64,000 bases of DNA from assembly GCA_965235115.1 (NCBI GenBank), contig OZ249438.1:39556001-39620000 (forward strand), given 5' to 3'. Shown one piece after another: positions 13,301 through 25,300 of the stretch. The translations under genes and the position numbers were made by a program. The DNA comes from Laetmonice hystrix (taxonomy: Eukaryota). Every line of letters starts with the position of its first letter. Positions within the stretch are counted from its first letter, which is position 1. The notes beneath the pieces were generated by a model, which ran no database searches, was not told the DNA's origin, and worked only from the letters and a program-made list of their open reading frames with translations.

Positions 13301-16300
13301 TAAGTTCCTTAGTATTAATTTACTTTATGTAAACTTGACTCTGTTCATAACAAGTTATAGATCTGACTCTACGCAACTCTACCGTGTGTTTTATTGCTTC
13401 CCATCAAAGAGTCGGTTTTACCGGCCCAACCCGTCTAGATCTTTGCCTTGGATTTATTTTATTTAGGAGAGAAATACATCACTATGTATGTTATTCACGA
13501 TAATATAGTTTCAAATAAATCCGAATCCTGGGGAGTTTTGGAATCATAGCTGACTGTGAAAATGAATCTTATCCCAGCAAACTGATCAGCTGATAGATTT
13601 AGTGGGTGATTTGTATGAGCGGTGTTTGATGCCATGTTGTGTTGTCGGTCACAGAATGGTCACTGATTGAGGTAGTCAGATTATGTACCTAGGGTCCCCA
13701 CTTTATTACGGATGTCACATAATGTGCTCACATACTGGCCAGTGTTGTAGACATACGAGTCGCTTGGTTTGTTTGTAGACCTCAGGGCTAACACCCTCAC
13801 AAGGTCTGCTCTGTATCGCTGGAAGAACATCAGCATTTTTCATGGAACCGTACAAGTGGCACATTCAAATGTGGAACTGCTTATAGTGAAAGCATTGTTT
13901 GAATAAGAGTAATTATGTGGTAAAGATTATACTATTATTAATACAAACAAGGTCTGCGGGTGCGACTAAATAAAATAGAAACTTTATTGTTTTATGATTT
14001 TTTCTTTATTTGTTGATTTGGGCAAATACAGCAAAGGGTGATTTACCATGTTCACATTGGTAGTTGTCACACACCAGTAGAGAGTAAAAGAATCGAATTT
14101 TACCGATTTCACTTTAGACCAGAACCTTTTCCTAGAACCCCTACTTTAAACACCATAATACTGACCTTACCCCATAAATACCACGCTCAGGTTCATAGCA
14201 CACTCCTCCCGTTATATTAAATCCACAGTCAGCTCAGAAAGTAAGCTTATTTCATCAACTATGTTTAAACTAAATCTAACCGGAAGTAGGGTTGTGTTTA
14301 AGTATAGGGGCGTTACATTGACAAGTACACTTACCAAAGGCTGCCTTAATATCCAGATTTATATTTAAAAGATCATCCTAAATTGTATACTGATGCTCAG
14401 CAATAATTATAAGACCTTCGCCAGATCGGGGACACTTTCCTAAAGGAGGCTTCTCTCGCTGAACAAAATCTTGTTTTGTATTATCATTTGCAAATATTAT
14501 TTCTCGATTTGATTAGTATTTTGCTCAATTATTTGGTCTTGTAAGAACCTTCAGTTGTGTTATATGACATGGCAGTAATTCTGACACAGCTTCACCGCAA
14601 GCTTTCAAAACTTTCTCATCATCTGGCGCCCAAACCATGCCGTGCGTTTAACAGGCCCACCGCTAGTGGCGCCCTAGTATACCGTCAGTGGCTGTTGAGA
14701 CGGCACTCAATATGCTTGCACCCAGAGACCCCTAGCGGTAGCCGGTGACATCACACTTTGTTCATTACGAAAGCATGTGTTTTTCTTCCCATGCACGTAT
14801 GATGCGCGTCAACACACAGAACTGCTGGTAGTAGCGTTTAACCATTGTAGCTGCACACTTCAATCATCTAGCCACATTCATTCTCAATTATGCAGACCTA
14901 CCCGTATTTTGTAAGACTAGGATCATGACGACAAAGTCCTCGCTGGACTGGCTTTCACAGTCACAAGGTGTCTGCATAATTGTCTGAGTGATGTGCTCAG
15001 TAGTGTAGATACACTGCTTTTGGCTTCAATTCATTTAGTCCGTTATTAACCTGGACGTAGCCTGTGATTTCACAAAGTAGATGACGAGTAACTAGTCTGA
15101 AATAAGACGCGTTTATATTGACTGGTCAGAATATCATTAGTTGCTCATTTATAAATAGACATGTGAATGTGTGAGTTACGTTGTCAGCAGGCCATCACGA
15201 TTCCTTGTAAGAAGCTCAATCTGATTCTTGCTCAAGGTAAACTTAATGAAGGAAAACAGTAACTTAGGAAACCAATTGTAACTAGAATGTACTTGTAAGA
15301 TAATAATTCACGCCAATTCTCGTAACAGGGTATCGATGTGTTATACTCATTACTTCTAAGGCGTTACCATGGTTATATATCATTGCCATGTACATTTGTA
15401 TCTTCAACAACAGTAAATGTGATTAGGTAAAAATAAAAAGTCCTGAAAAGCGTTTCTTTTTCTAACTTTCACTTTCAAATTGCGCAGTATCCTTCCTACA
15501 GATCATAAGCTATGGCCGAACATACCAAACCATCGTGATTTTAAGAAATGTATTTCTCTCTCCTGTTTTACTGCATGCGAGACTTTTATTGCATGTGAAA
15601 CGTCAAGCCGGCTGTCGTTACAGGAATGCCATGTTATTGTGAAATACTTGATGCCCAAGTAGTTTGAACGAGAACTTTGGCTGACTGCTTGCGTTGATTG
15701 TCTTCAGGTCAGTTGTCACAGGAAGGATTTCTACGCTACTTGATGTCCTCGGAGAATGACCTGATTGCTCCCGAGAAGTTTGATCTGAGTGAAGACATGG
15801 ACCAGCCCTTGTCACACTACTTCATCAACTCCTCGCACAACACGTACCTAACAGGTGGCGCCACTTTACCCTAACTATGCAGGATTTCCACCAGACGAGA
15901 GCGAGCGATTTTATCTTTGACACAAGCACAAGCGAGCGCATCATCTTTGACCATTTCCACCAGGTGCGAGCGCAAACCCCAATATGACAGTGTCTAGTCT
16001 TGCGCGTCGCGAAGATTTCCTAGTAGGCCTACACAATCTCGTTGCGTCGAGTGAGCGTGCGCAAAAAGTGAAAGTTGACCAACTTTAAAAAATCGCGCGC
16101 GCGACAGATGGCATCATGTGCGCGCGCGCGTCTGGTGGAAATTACTGCAATCACTTTTTCTACTTTTGAAGCGCGCCGCACCAAAACAAATCGCTCGCTC
16201 GCGTCCGGTGGAAATCCCGCATAAGTCTTCTCACTCACCGCCAGGGGGCGCCTGGTGCCCAAGGTGGCCAGCGTGGGAAACAGTGCACTGTTGATTTAGT

Positions 16301-19300
16301 AGTAGATCCCTAGAAACCTAGTGGGGCTCTCAGGGTTCCCAGCACTGCTATATTTCCTATAAATTCCTATATTTTTCTTGCCATCCTATAAATTCCTATA
16401 TTTCGAGAAAATCCCTGTAAATTAATAATATTATATTTCAAAATTTCTGTAAGCCTGTACGTGCTGATATGAGAATTTTCATACCGGAAACATAGTCAGT
16501 TCCTGATAAAATTACTTTATAAATATGTTATTACTCAGGGATGATTATCCATTTAAGATCATGTTAAATTAACACACATTTGGGCTGTTTGTATCTGATA
16601 CTCCGAACTCGTTTATCAACTTGACGTACATATTAACAAGGGGAGGGAAGGATGTAGGGTTGGTGGTGGAGGCCTTCTAGAATGTAAATGTATACAAATG
16701 TGTTTATTGGCCATTTTAGAACCTACCGTGTACCTCGACTTTGCTATAATCGCCAATAAAATGACCCAAAATACGCTATGTGACAGGTCACCAGTTGACG
16801 GGGAAGTCGTCGGTAGAGATATACAGGCAAGCATTATTAACAGGATGTCGGTGTGTAGAACTCGATTGTTGGGACGGTAAGGGCGCCGATGAGGAACCAA
16901 TCATCACGCACGGGTTCACAATGTGCTCGGAAATCTCCTTCAAGGTGAGTGAGCAAACTGAGCCGTAAATATCGTTGTTTTAGTCAATCATTTCTTACAG
17001 GCATTAAAGGTGCTATTCGTCTCGCACAGAATGACATTTCTCCTATCATACATTGTGCACATAGTACTAGAAAAAATTCCTACCGATACCATTGGCCTAA
17101 TAAACCTTCTATTAGTTTGTGTGCAGCATTTGAAACCTATCTCGGTGCGCACCGAGATAGAGCCATTTCCTATGGTGGGGCGTGTCAGGGTCTCCACAGG
17201 CCTTCTGAGAGAGCCCCATTTGTGCCGTTATCCATGAAAAATTTTGATTTCCTTTGGTTTGAATCTATTTCCATGATAGGTGAGATCACATAAACGTCAA
17301 CAAAATTAAAAATAAAAAAATTGAATTTTTTTCACGAATAGCACCTTTAAGGCCTAATCAATACGAATGGACCCGCAGCTTTATGGATTAGCATTTTCGT
17401 TTCATTGCAGGAATGTTGAGTTTTGGGAAATGCTTTGGGATACAAGATAATGCGACAGTAATGAAAGGGATATGGTAGACCTAGACTATATGTATGTTAC
17501 TGTGGTTATAGCGGTGACAAGCCGAGTGATAGGCCGCACCGCCTGTCTGAGGTATTTATAATGACGCACCAATTAATAATGGGAATTGAAATAACATCGC
17601 TTGCTGATCTGTTTATTTTTACAGGAAGTGATAGAGGCCATTGGGGAAAGTGCTTTTAAAGTTTCTGACTACCCAGTTATCCTGTCCTTTGAAAACCATT
17701 GTTCGTAAGTATTTTCTACATAGTCTTCCCTAAATAAAAATTCGGAAATGTCCGAGTAAGATACCACCTATACTGAAAGCACTGCGCAAGCATTGAGTTC
17801 ATGTATTCAAATAATTATAACGTTGATTTCTTCTCCAGACAATGTTTATCGTATTCAAATAATTATAACGTTGATTTCTTCTCCAGACAAGGTTTATCGT
17901 ATTCAAATAATTATAACGTTGATTTCTTCTCCAGACAAGGTTTATCGTATTCAAATAATTATAACGTTGATTTCTTCTCCAGACAAGGTTTACCGTATTC
18001 AAATAATTATAACGTTGATTTCTTCTCCAGACAAGGTTTATCGTATTCAAATAATTATAACGTTGATTTCTTCTACAGACAAGGTTTATCGTATTCAAAT
18101 AATTATAACGTTGATTTCTTCTCCAGACAAGGTTTATCGTATTCAAATAATTATAACGTTGATTTCTTCTACAGACAAGGTTTATCGTATTCAAATAATT
18201 ATAACGTTGATTTCTTCTCCAGACAAGGTTTATCGTATTCAAATAATTATAACGTTGATTTCTTCTACAGACAACGTTTATCGTATTCAAATAATTATAA
18301 CGTTGATTTCTTCTCCAGACAAGGTTTATCGTATTCAAATAATTATAACGTTGATTTCTTCTTCAGACAAGGTTTATCGTATTCAAATAATTATAACGTG
18401 GATTTCTTCTTCAAACAAGGTTTATCGTAAATTAGATACTTGTCACGCATGATTACAGGGTGTCGTCTGTGTGTCGATGTAATTTATTCTTTGTATCCAT
18501 CTTAAAACTATATTAATTCAATACTGGCGCCACTCAGACCCAACACCTAACTCGTATATCTTTGCATGGTTTGCTCCACTACATGGTAGAGGCCCCCAAA
18601 ACTCCATGTTCTGGAAGTGTAAAAATATATGTATATGTACACAGAGATATGGGACGATTACTGTAACTATTGCCTGTCCATTGGTAGACCGAAACAACAA
18701 GCCAAGATGGCGGCCCACTGTCGAACAGTGCTGGGGGATGCCATATTAGGAGACTCACTAGAATCTCATCCGGTAGGTTCACCTTTAACTCTGTACGAAT
18801 TCAGCTGTAATCTAATGGTAACTTTTAAAGCCGTTAGCCGTTTAAACACTTACCTCAAGTCAATGCAGGAAATATATATCTTTGTTGTTGTGGGCCAGGT
18901 GCTTGCTATTACTACTTACAACAGTATTACTTTGTGAACTAATGAATAATTCAAAACAAAAGTGCTTATACGGCTAGATGTTGACTTTTTATTGTAAATG
19001 ATAAAGTTATGATTTTGTGGATGAAAACTAAGCAGCACATAACATGTAACATTTATACCAACATGAAGCTATATTATTTTTATCTGATAAACAATTTGAT
19101 GTCTTTTGTTGGGTAATTCATTTTTGTGCTTATGTATGTACACATTTTTATGTTTGAATTTCCAAAAAACGGTGTGTTATCCTTATGAAACCATAATGCA
19201 GAACTAATGCATAAATTATGGTGAATGATGAAGGAAAAGTATTTGTTTTTAAATCTACATTTCAGAAGTCGATTTTTTAAAATGAAAATTACCTTTTTAT

Positions 19301-22300
19301 TGGAGGCAATTATATTTTGTTGTGAATCAGAAAGAATGATCTAAGATCAGATAAAGCAGTGAGGGCATGGTTAGAATTAGGCTCGGGCAGAGTGGGCTCC
19401 GAGGCAGTTTGAGGTGTATATATAAGGTCATTACTGTACCGATATCTCGACTGATTGTTTATTCATGCATGTCCTGAATGGCTGTAAAACTTTCTCTCTG
19501 TTTTCAACTTTTTTACTCTTCCCGTACATCTCAATGATAATCGTGCCAGGCGTTTTTTTACTTATCAATGTCAGTGTAACCTTTAGGTATATAGTCAGAT
19601 AACAGGCAGCAGTGGGCCTGTGAGGTAGTACATACATATTTAAACGTTATATCAGTCAGTTACCGGACTTAGAACCATTAGTTCCTTCTCCCGCCGGCAG
19701 GGAAGTACAGGATGAGTGGCGTCATCTAACGGGAGTTTTAGCCGTTATACTGTAACTATCGGTAACACCAATACCTCACCCCAGACAAGATGAAGACTGC
19801 ACCGTTTCTGTTGCTAAGCTACCCTGGTTAAAAGAAGATGGAGTAATCTTTAGAGTGTGCGACTACCAAATCTAGATTAGATCCATAACCAGATCGTTTG
19901 GAGGCTGACTCAGCCAAAACGACACGAGGTCTCCCGCCATGGAAGACGCCTGTAGGCCTACATCATTCCATTACCGTCATAACTGCTCTACGAAGGCTGT
20001 GTTATGACAAGAGTTTATGCTGATTTCTCCTGGGTTTACAACAACCATTTTCTACTTGAATCGGATACATGAACGGGTTTCAATGACCTCAACCTACCCC
20101 CGGGTAATTAGGGATCAAGAACCAAAGGTCAACACAGCTCAAACACCGACAAGATTACAATCGGACTTGTTGCCAGTGAAGTGGAGAATTCAGTTTGATT
20201 CACCATTCGAAAAATGTCGCACTTCGCAAGTTGAAACGCTAATCTGCTTACGCTAACCTATTGTACGTTTGGACAGAGGTATTTCGGCAACTTCTAGAAG
20301 TAAAAACCATCAGAGGGCCAGAGGACCATTACTGGCAGAAATCAAGGCCAATAAGTGACAAAAGGAATGGTAGTTACTAGGCCTAGCTTGAGGGTCCCTT
20401 CAAAACTGAACTTATTTAGTGTTCTGGCGAGAATAAAGTGTATAAACCTTTCCATTACTTCTGTTATTACAATATGGTAGCCTAATTTTCCCGCCGACTG
20501 CTACATGTGCTACATCTGCCACTTCTATCTTTTACGTCTGATACTGATACTTAGGCCTATACTAGTACTGCTTCTTCTTCATCTTCTTCTTCTTCCTCTA
20601 CTACTAATATTACTATACTACTACTACTACTACTACTACAGTACTACTACTACTACTACTACTAAGTATACTTAAAAAGTATTGCTATTGCCTCCAATAT
20701 TAAACCAAATACTAAAAAACTATACTNNNNNNNNNNNNNNNNNNNNNNNNNNNNNNNNNNNNNNNNNNNNNNNNNNNNNNNNNNNNNNNNNNNNNNNNNN
20801 NNNNNNNNNNNNNNNNNNNNNNNNNNNNNNNNNNNNNNNNNNNNNNNNNNNNNNNNNNNNTACTACTGCTACAACCACTACTACCACCCCTTCAACACCT
20901 AGGAGCCTGAGGGACACTGCCTGTAGGATGACGTTTGTGGTGCTTTCCAACCTTATCTTTGAGATATTTTGAATGGATGTTATATGTCACATCAAAACAG
21001 CATCCATTTAGGATATCGCAGGAGTAAGGCAGGATTTACCTCGCTACCTGGTGACCTTGACATGACCTTACCATAAATCTACAAATTAACACTTTGAGTG
21101 TGTCACTGCCTAACCAGGAATTATATAGATAAATGTAGGAATTAACGAAATGACTCGGAAGATGAATGAGTAGAATACTCAGGGGCGTAGGAAAATGGGG
21201 GCTAGTGGGGCCAGGGCCCCCCACTTTGAAATGAAGGGGTCAGAGTATGTTTTAGCCCCTCATATTTGACTCAGGAAAAGCGTGTTGTTGTAGACCTCAA
21301 CGATCGAAGTCCAAGGAATCAAAAAACGCATACATCCCGTCAGAATTCTGATCTCTAAATGACGGGAAATAGCGTTTTTTGGCCGCCCAAATTGAACATT
21401 TTCTTGGCACCTGAATGTCGGCGCCCGCGGGCTGAGTCTGCCCCTCACCCCACCCACATTCAAAGACCTTCCTACGCCCCTGATACTAAGCTACTGTAAC
21501 TTTTGTAAGCCGTTGAAGGTTAAATCTCATGAGCTGTGGAACAAAGTGAGGTTAGGAAGAGATTAAGCATTTAGTACCGGACTAATGAACGACTTACCCT
21601 AAAACTGCATGCCATGCATGACCTAGTCAAATTTACATTCACTAAACAAGTATTGAAAGCTCTTTTAATCAGTGCTATTCGATATTTTTCTTCCATGCAT
21701 GTGCATGGCATATCCTGAATATTATACTCAACTTGAAGTTAAAGCCTATCTTCCAGTAAGACACCATATTTCTTCATATTTTAGGGAGCCATATGTTTTC
21801 TCTTAACTTTCTTGATGTACATAAGAATGCTGCTACAACCATATCATACGGACTCCGTGATCATCAGCAATATGTATCTTATAGAAAACGGGAAGTCGGG
21901 AAGTCGTTAGTTTATAAACGGGTACATTGTGGGCTGTCAGTGAGTAATCTGTAAATACCTGGTGGTTTGGTTGATAAACTACCAAGTTCAAATGTCATTT
22001 TAGTCTGACAACACTATTAAAGGAGAAAGAATTACTAACTATTGTAGTGGTCTTATCAAGGAATTTTGGGGAGAAATTACGTAATGTATCTTTAGTTTGG
22101 ATTTGGTTGTTAGCAGAGGGGTTAAGACCGACACTGACCCGAGGGAAAGTTAACAGATGATCCAGCAGAGGGCGTGGGTGTTGTAAGGTGTGGGTGTAGC
22201 TTGCCGTAGTCCGTGACGGTAGTACAAATCCAGCGTGGTTGCTGTCTGATGTGATTTTGTATAACGTCTACCTGTGTTTTGTCTGTTACGTTACGTAGCT

Positions 22301-25300
22301 AGAACCAGGTGTTAACCTGCCCAGCCCAGCCCAGCTGCGGAGAAAGATTATCATCAAAAATAAGAAAAGACATGTTCATAAGTGTAAGTATCACCGCTCT
22401 TAGCCGGACGTTACGAGTTTGCCAGAGACGGGAGATCATGGCACTAGGACCCGACGGCGCCCGTTCTTGCCACTGCTGGACCGTGCACCCGAGCCGCAGG
22501 GGGCCACGCTTGGTTTCGGCTTCCAAGTCCCACACTGGGACTAGCAATAAAATGTGGGAAATCAGGGGTAAGCGACGGCCCCCTGGCAGAGTCGGGTAGG
22601 TCCAGGCGAGTGCGTGAGAGCTGGTACTGGTGTGTTTTTAATTGTTTCCTTGCAGGGATAAACTTTTGGCAGACAAGTATTAAACTATGGTTGGCTTGTG
22701 AAAGGTTGAATAAAAGGTCACTATTCACTGTTCTCTTTCCTAGCTAAAATCCGGGGTACAACTCCCAACCCTGAGTCTGTTGAGGAGAAAATTTATCATC
22801 AAAGCTAAGAAACACCATATACACAGGTGTAAGTATACAAACTATGTGGCGACAACGTTGTGGCGTGATGGGTGCATTGGTCAGGTGATGTTCGTCGCTC
22901 TCTGGTGTAGCAAGCACACAAGTCCTAACGATGGGTGCTAGATCATCTTCCACCCAAAACCTGGCCTGCACCCACTCAGCTTCCTAGAAGCCATTTAAAA
23001 CAAAACTTTTATAAAGGAACAAAATTATAACATTTATATTTTAGTTAAGCTCTTTGTTTTCGTTTATTAAAAAGTATATGATATAGTCATACCATGAAAC
23101 TACACACAATATGCCATTTACTCTTTTTTGTGTTTTTAAAAAAATTATTTAAAACAAATTTCTGTCTCCTTTTTATGTGCGTAAATTTTAAAATTTGATA
23201 CCACCTAATTTTAAAACATTCTAAATATTTATACTAGTAACCAAATGATGGCCATAATGTGTTTTCTTTACAATAAAATTAGACGAAAACGTAAAATACT
23301 GGAAGAGTTTTAGGTCTTTTGATTAGTTTAAACTTTAAATGAAAAACAAATTGAGGTAGTGGTATGTATCTTGACACTGAACCCGCTACTGCTGCACTTA
23401 TGTGCACCGTTCTACGCACATTTCATAGCTCAGTTCTGCACATCTCTACATTACATACTTGTGTAGTTAATAGAACTCTATCAACATCATTATTATTGTA
23501 TTTTCTATATGTGATTTGTAAGTAACACATTTTAGATGCAGATTTCGTTATCGATTAACATGCAAGATTATCGTTAGAATAACGTTTAACAAATAACGAT
23601 TGGCTCTCCGAAAGAGAGAGAGCTGGCTCAGCTAAACAAGGATTTTTTTAGTTTTTTAAGTTTTATGTAGTTTGATATTACTTAAATGCGATTATCAACT
23701 GGGGGCTCATGGGTCTGTTCTGATACAAACCTTCATAAGTGGCCAGTATACCTGTTCGGAAATAGACAAGTTCTGTCGGTTTGGGGTTTAACCGTTTTAT
23801 TGAAGTGATATTTTGAAAGTGATTTGTAAAAATTATCTCAAATATTTAAGAAAGATATACGTTCATTAGTCTAATCATACCAACGTTCATATACCGTTAT
23901 AAAGCACAGGTAGTTGTCATGTAGTTTTTTTTCTTGAGATTTTCTAAGATAATTTTTGAACCATTTTTGCATAGTTTTTCTACTTCACATGTTATGTTAG
24001 TCGTTTTTTGCTTGTTTCTTGTAGTTTTCATATCAGTTTAGAATTGAGTTTCCTTTTATCTGAATGTTATGTTTGAATTTACCAAAAGTCTAAATTCCTG
24101 AAATTGTACTAGTCCCATGTTCTGTAGGCCTATGTATAAAATTAGAATTTGAGGACTTGGTATGAGTTTTTATGAAAGGCAGGTTGCCACTTCTGTTTGT
24201 TGTTTTACCACGGATGTCTCAAAGGACTGACAATATACCGAACCATTCCGGTCTACTAATGAGACACATATCTAATGAGACACATATCTAATGAGACACA
24301 TATAGACAGGTCAATCTGTTTAACATGTAACTCACTCTGATCGTTCGTCATTTCAACAAAAAGGAAAATCAAATGTTAGGGTAGGGTCAGTGTAAGCAAA
24401 TCAACACCAACATTTTTCACGAGAAACTCGCTCATTATAAGTCGCCGACCGATGGGTGCGGTCGTCAAGAAAACCACATCCCAAGTGCCTGTCTGTCTTT
24501 CACATTTAGACCACTCTCTAAAAGACATTGCATAAGTTTGAGAAGCTCTCCCCATGGAAGGTGAACAGTCATACGACCCATTGAATATCGATAGATTAGA
24601 CCGAAGTAAACACGCCGATACCGCCAAAAGGATCGAGGCTTATGGAATCAGATTGCTGGAGAGAAAAAAACGGGTTGATTTGAAATCAATTCGAGATAAT
24701 GAAGCTAGATGTAATATCCTGTGGTTGAAATTCTCTCCGAAAGTCAAAATAAAGGTGATCTATTTCTGTGTGTATATGGAAAGGTTGTCATGTCTTACGG
24801 CATGTTGTCGGGTGGGAGATAATGGACGGCGCGATGTGGCCCAATAAAGTCAACCCCCCACCCCCACCCAACTCCCACCCCCGGCCAGCCTACCCCCACC
24901 CCAACCCCCCACCTCCACTCCCACCCCCACCCCCACCCAGCCCACCCCCCCGGCCAGCTTACCCCCACCCCCAACCCCCCACCTCCACTCCCACCCCCCC
25001 CACCCCCGGCCAGCCTACCCCCACCCCAACCCCCCACCTCCACTCCCACCCCCACCTCCCGGCCAGCCTACCCCCACCCCAACCCCCCACCTCCACTCCC
25101 ACCCCCACCCCCGGCCAGCCTACCCCCACCCCAACCCACCCCCACCCCCCGGCCAGCCTACCCCCACCCCAGCCGGCCGGTGACAGCGGTGGGTCCGGCC
25201 CAGCAAGCATTACTTTCACTTCCTTCATGGTTCCCGGCCTGGCGAGTGTGTAACTGATTCTCTCTCTCTCCCTCTCTCCCTCTCTCTGACTCCCAGCCAT

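Noticed and set aside
16330-16520. CAGGGTT-initiated segment with ttcctata repeats (hAT end?)
   Set aside because: No matching right TIR found.
16949-17293. ORFs repeated at 16949-17293 and 50659-51063
   Set aside because: They lie in the two copies of the non-coding MITE; no transposase motifs.
17793-18452. Repeat ORFs, and a ttctccag|ACAAG|gtttat motif in each 48-bp unit
   Set aside because: Minisatellite artefact; a 5-nt exon would frameshift and the donor is weak.
22190-22975. Short complementary matches around the mutually exclusive exons (gtgggtgtag with ctgcacccac; gtgcaccc with gggtgcat)
   Set aside because: 8-10 bp with wobbles is within chance for this window size; needs conservation or covariation.
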